Source: Longimicrobiales bacterium (lineage in GTDB: Bacteria; Gemmatimonadota; Gemmatimonadetes; Longimicrobiales; Gaopeijiaceae). From it: a stretch of 64,000 bases of DNA. The stretch covers positions 64,001 to 128,000 of the forward strand of contig CBDCKN010000003.1 in NCBI GenBank assembly GCA_965218295.1. The letters run 5' to 3'. Numbering within the stretch: the stretch's first letter is position 1; the number at the start of each line of letters is the position of its first letter. Positions 60,393 to 64,000 of this stretch are shown here, in pieces. The notes beneath the pieces are model-generated. The model worked only from the letters and a program-made list of their open reading frames with translations, ran no database searches and was not told the origin of the DNA. The position numbers were made by a program, and so were the translations under genes.

Positions 60393-62822
60393 ATGCAGAG
60401 CGCCTTTCGTTTGATCGCTCTAGGCTTCGGCCTTTTCCTTTCGAGCACTCCCGTTGCGGCACAGACCTCCGTGACCGGCGGACGCTCCATGGGCTCCGCA
60501 GGCTTCGGAGCGGCCGTGGTCGTTGAGGGCGGTGAGATATTCGTTGGTCGTCCGGGTGAAATCTCCCTCTTCCCCATCCCCCCGAACCATACGGGCAGCG
60601 TCCACGTCTTCGGGAGCACCGATAACAGGTGGGAGGAGAAGGCCGTGGTGACGTCGGCCTCCGTCGAGGTGGGTGACGGCTTCGGACAGGCGCTGGCCGT
60701 GGACGGCAACACCATGCTCGTGGGGGCCCCCAAGACGCAGGAAGGGCGGGGCGCAGCCTACATGTTCCGGCGTTCCGGGCCGGCGACACAATGGCAGCAG
60801 ACCGCCGTGTTGCGGACCGCGAAGCGGACGGCTGGAGACGAGCTCGGGGGCTCCGTAGTGCTGAGCGGCGATTTCGCGCTGGTGGGGGCACCGGGTCACG
60901 CGGAGCAAGGCGGCGCGGTCGTCGTCTTCCGGATGCTCGGCGGAGCCTGGACCGAGATCGCCACGATCGAAGGCTCGGACGTCTCGGCGGGTGAGAGGTT
61001 CGGCGCCGCCATGGACCTCGACGGGGAGCGCCTCCTCGTCGGCGCACCGGGACCTTTCCCCGACCTGTTTCTCGGAGGCCCGCCGCCGGCGGCCGGATCC
61101 GCCTACATCTTCGAGCTCGAGGTTGGCGACTTCGTGGAAGTCGCCCGGGTCACGTCCGGTAGAGAGGGGCCCGGCCTGTTCGGCCATTCGGTCGTTCTCG
61201 ACGGTGACGAGGCGCTCATCGGGGCGCCCCTAGGGAACGAGATCAACGGGGTCGTGCACCGTTTCGCTCCGAGCGCCTCGGGGGAGTGGTCGGAGGCCGG
61301 GCGCATCACGGCATCGACGGCCGTTCGCCAGTCCGGGTTCGGCATGGCCGTGGCCAGGGCCGGCGAGGATCTCTTCGTGGGTGCACCCCTTGCCGGAATG
61401 GCCTATGTCTTCCGGGCTTCCAGTGGGGGTGATTGGCAGGAGCTGCAGACACTGACTATGACGTCTCCGATGTCCTTCATGGGAACGGCCATCGCCGGCG
61501 GCGAGGACTTCGCCGTCGTGGGAGCCCCGGGAGCCGACTTCTTCGCGGGAGTGGGCAACCTGTATGGACTCGAGAGCGCCGGCGGCGAGTGGGTGGCGAT
61601 CGAGGCGCTCATCGACGAGGGCGGTGGCATGGAGGGTATCCTCGGGTCGCCCGAGGACTGCAGTGACGGCGGGACCGTCGGGGGCTTCGACTGTTCCGAG
61701 GTCGACCTGGTCTCCTTCCTGCCGGTAAAGGACCTGGGCGGAGCCCGGGGAATCATGGTGAACGACATCTGGGGTTGGACCGATCCCGAGACCGGAATCG
61801 AGTACGCCCTGGTGGGGCGCATGGACGCCATGACCTTCGTCAGCCTCCAGGATCCGGCCAACCCACTCTACCTGGGCGAGCTTCCCCTTACCGAAGGTGC
61901 CACGGCGAACATGTGGCGCGACGTGAAGGTGTACGCCGACCATGCCTTCATCGTGGCAGACGGCGCCGGGCCGCACGGAGTCCAGATCTTCGATCTCCGT
62001 CAGCTCCGCGACGTGGAGAATCCGCCCGTGACGTTCGGAGAGACGGCTCACTACGACGGTATCTTCAGTGCCCACAACATCGTGATGAACGAGGGCTCGG
62101 GCTTCGCTTATGTCGTCGGTGCGAGCATGGGCGGCGAGACGTGCGGTGGCGGTCTCCACATGATCGACGTCCGCAATCCCACCGACCCCACCTTCGCCGG
62201 GTGCTTTTCGGACCCGGCCACGGGGCGTGCCGGAACCGGATACAGCCACGACGCTCAGTGTATCATGTACGACGGTCCAGACACGCAGCATCAGGGGAAG
62301 GAAGTGTGCTTCGGTGCCAACGAGACGGCCCTCAGCATCGCCGACGTCTCGGACAAATCGAACCCCGTTCCGATCGCCACGGCGACCTACCCCAACCTAG
62401 GCTACGTCCACCAGGGCTGGATCTCGGACGACCACCGCTACTTCTACGTCAACGACGAGCTGGACGAGCTCTCCGGAGTGGAGCGCACTCGGACGCTGGT
62501 GTGGGACATCGAGGACCTGGACGATCCCGTTCTGGTCAAGGAGCATTTGGGCGAGACGTCGTCGTCCGACCACAACCTCTACATCCGGGGCCAGTTCATG
62601 TACCAGTCCAACTACGTGAGCGGTCTCCGAATTCTGGACATCTCCGATCCGGCCAACCCGAAGGAAGTAGGATTCTTCGACAGCGTCCCGGTGGGCGAGA
62701 ACTCTCCCGGGATCGCGGGTTCCTGGAGCAACTACCCGTTCTTCCAGAGCGGAGTGATCGTCTTCACCAGCATGCGTGAAGGGCTCTTCGTGGTGCGGAA
62801 GCGGAGGCAGCCCGTGTTCTAA
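60393..62822 (+). CDS. Choice-of-anchor B family exported protein with FG-GAP-like repeats
   Basis: Signal peptide; repeated FG...LVGAP units; NDIWGWTDP, WRDVKVY, AHNIV, YSHDAQC, YVHQGW, NDELDE, DHN, WSNYPFF. Confidence 0.9.
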   Translation: MQSAFRLIALGFGLFLSSTPVAAQTSVTGGRSMGSAGFGAAVVVEGGEIFVGRPGEISLFPIPPNHTGSVHVFGSTDNRWEEKAVVTSASVEVGDGFGQALAVDGNTMLVGAPKTQEGRGAAYMFRRSGPATQWQQTAVLRTAKRTAGDELGGSVVLSGDFALVGAPGHAEQGGAVVVFRMLGGAWTEIATIEGSDVSAGERFGAAMDLDGERLLVGAPGPFPDLFLGGPPPAAGSAYIFELEVGDFVEVARVTSGREGPGLFGHSVVLDGDEALIGAPLGNEINGVVHRFAPSASGEWSEAGRITASTAVRQSGFGMAVARAGEDLFVGAPLAGMAYVFRASSGGDWQELQTLTMTSPMSFMGTAIAGGEDFAVVGAPGADFFAGVGNLYGLESAGGEWVAIEALIDEGGGMEGILGSPEDCSDGGTVGGFDCSEVDLVSFLPVKDLGGARGIMVNDIWGWTDPETGIEYALVGRMDAMTFVSLQDPANPLYLGELPLTEGATANMWRDVKVYADHAFIVADGAGPHGVQIFDLRQLRDVENPPVTFGETAHYDGIFSAHNIVMNEGSGFAYVVGASMGGETCGGGLHMIDVRNPTDPTFAGCFSDPATGRAGTGYSHDAQCIMYDGPDTQHQGKEVCFGANETALSIADVSDKSNPVPIATATYPNLGYVHQGWISDDHRYFYVNDELDELSGVERTRTLVWDIEDLDDPVLVKEHLGETSSSDHNLYIRGQFMYQSNYVSGLRILDISDPANPKEVGFFDSVPVGENSPGIAGSWSNYPFFQSGVIVFTSMREGLFVVRKRRQPVF

Positions 62823-62825
62823 GGG

Positions 62826-64000
62826 CTACCTTTGGGGGGCTGGCTCCACAGTAAAGTTCATGGACATGCCGGACCCCACGTGCTCCGGGATCTGGCAATT
62901 GAACATCCAGGTCCCGGGGTTGGACATCTCCACCAGAAGATCCATAGTGGTGCCGACCGGGATCAGGACGGTGTCCCTCCACACGAGATTCTGTGTCTGC
63001 ACTCCGTCCTGCTCGACCACCGCGAAGCGTTGACCGTGGAGGTGCAGCGGATGGCTCATGGGATGCCAAGACTCGTGTGTGTTGTAGATGCGGATCTTGA
63101 CGATGTCCCCTTCCTTGAACCGCCACCCGAACGCCGGCCCGAGGTCGCGGGGTGACGCGTCGGGGTCGGGCTCGTGCATGAGCCACATCACGTTGATGCC
63201 GGTGGAAAGCCAGTTCATCATCGGCATGGCGTCGTTGAACTCCACCGGCGGATAGAAGAGCGTGTCTATCTCCATCATCAGGATGACCGGGATGGGAAGC
63301 TCGCCGATCTTGAGAGACAGGACGAGCTCCTCGTCTACTTGCCGGTTCGCCTCGGCGCGCACTGCCTCGAACTCGGCGATCACCTCGTCGTTGGACCGGA
63401 GGGTCTCGAACGCCGCGCTGAAGTCTTGATCGGTGCTCTCATCGGACACCACGAACACGCCTAGCGTATCGACCTGGTAGAAGTACTCTCCCATCCAGTG
63501 ATCGACGGCGGTGATCCGGTTGGTGAGCGCGTACTCGCCCGGCTCGTCGAACTTGGCGTCGACGACGTAGCGCTGGCCGGGAGCGATGATCACGGTGGGT
63601 GTCATCTCTTCCCGCTCGAACCGACTGAGCCCCCCAGCCAAGAGCTTCATCGGGACCCCGCCCTCGATCCTGAGGTTGTAGTTCCTCGTATTCGACGCGT
63701 CGGTCAGGAAGAGCCGTACGACATCGCCTTTCTTGACGGTCTTCTGGAATCCGGGCCGCCCGTTGACCAGGATGACGTTGCCGAACCGCCCCATGAGGGC
63801 GTTGGTCGGCGCTTCGAGCCCGAAGGGGGTCCAGCCCGTCTCCGTCATGAGGGCGTCATCGATGATCAGCGACTCCTCGGAGTTGGCGGGGCCGTAGTAG
63901 TCGGGATCCGGCGAGTCGACGATGATGCTGCCGTACAGTCCCAGATCCTGCGCGATGTGCCCCCGCTGATGCGGGTGATACCAGAACACTCCGGCATCCG
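62826..64000 (-). CDS. Multicopper oxidase family protein, 5'-partial, with atypical C-terminal copper motif
   Basis: FWYHPH, GLYGSIIV, HPLHLHG, WRDTV, NPGTWMFNCQIPEHVGSGM. Confidence 0.9.
   Translation of the reverse strand, partial: DAGVFWYHPHQRGHIAQDLGLYGSIIVDSPDPDYYGPANSEESLIIDDALMTETGWTPFGLEAPTNALMGRFGNVILVNGRPGFQKTVKKGDVVRLFLTDASNTRNYNLRIEGGVPMKLLAGGLSRFEREEMTPTVIIAPGQRYVVDAKFDEPGEYALTNRITAVDHWMGEYFYQVDTLGVFVVSDESTDQDFSAAFETLRSNDEVIAEFEAVRAEANRQVDEELVLSLKIGELPIPVILMMEIDTLFYPPVEFNDAMPMMNWLSTGINVMWLMHEPDPDASPRDLGPAFGWRFKEGDIVKIRIYNTHESWHPMSHPLHLHGQRFAVVEQDGVQTQNLVWRDTVLIPVGTTMDLLVEMSNPGTWMFNCQIPEHVGSGMSMNFTVEPAPQR

Overview
High-GC bacterial chromosomal window, probably Gemmatimonadota or a similar lineage. 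This is inferred from gene content (ADOP-type ABC permease, Hanks kinase, choice-of-anchor B, many exported beta-barrels and lipoproteins), not from a marker gene. It opens with the right part of an IS66-like element whose transposase is translationally coupled to a DUF4338/DruA-like gene; the element truncates a membrane-protein gene. Next come ppk1/sixA, envelope genes, an autoregulated PadR, three DNA-repair genes, an SSS transporter with galM, and an AT-richer panG-panB-panC block. A ~6.7 kb nitrogen module (glnK, amtB, GAF-type sigma54 activator, TorF-like porin, OM protein) lies between two copies of the 3' end of a hydroxypyruvate-isomerase-family gene. Its two sigma54 promoters and repeated CCTAC-N6-GTAGG enhancer palindromes can be read directly from the sequence. 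The second half holds a kinase-M23-aminotransferase fusion coupled to an AUR1-like enzyme, mtnA, copper-related genes, a penicillin acylase, two truncated surface-protein genes, a CcdA-TlpA pair facing an exported UGA/SECIS selenoperoxiredoxin that the ORF track splits in two, and a partial multicopper oxidase with HCH replaced by NCQ. At least five genes carry single-base +1 frameshifts, probably sequencing errors. No rRNA, tRNA or CRISPR array was recognised.
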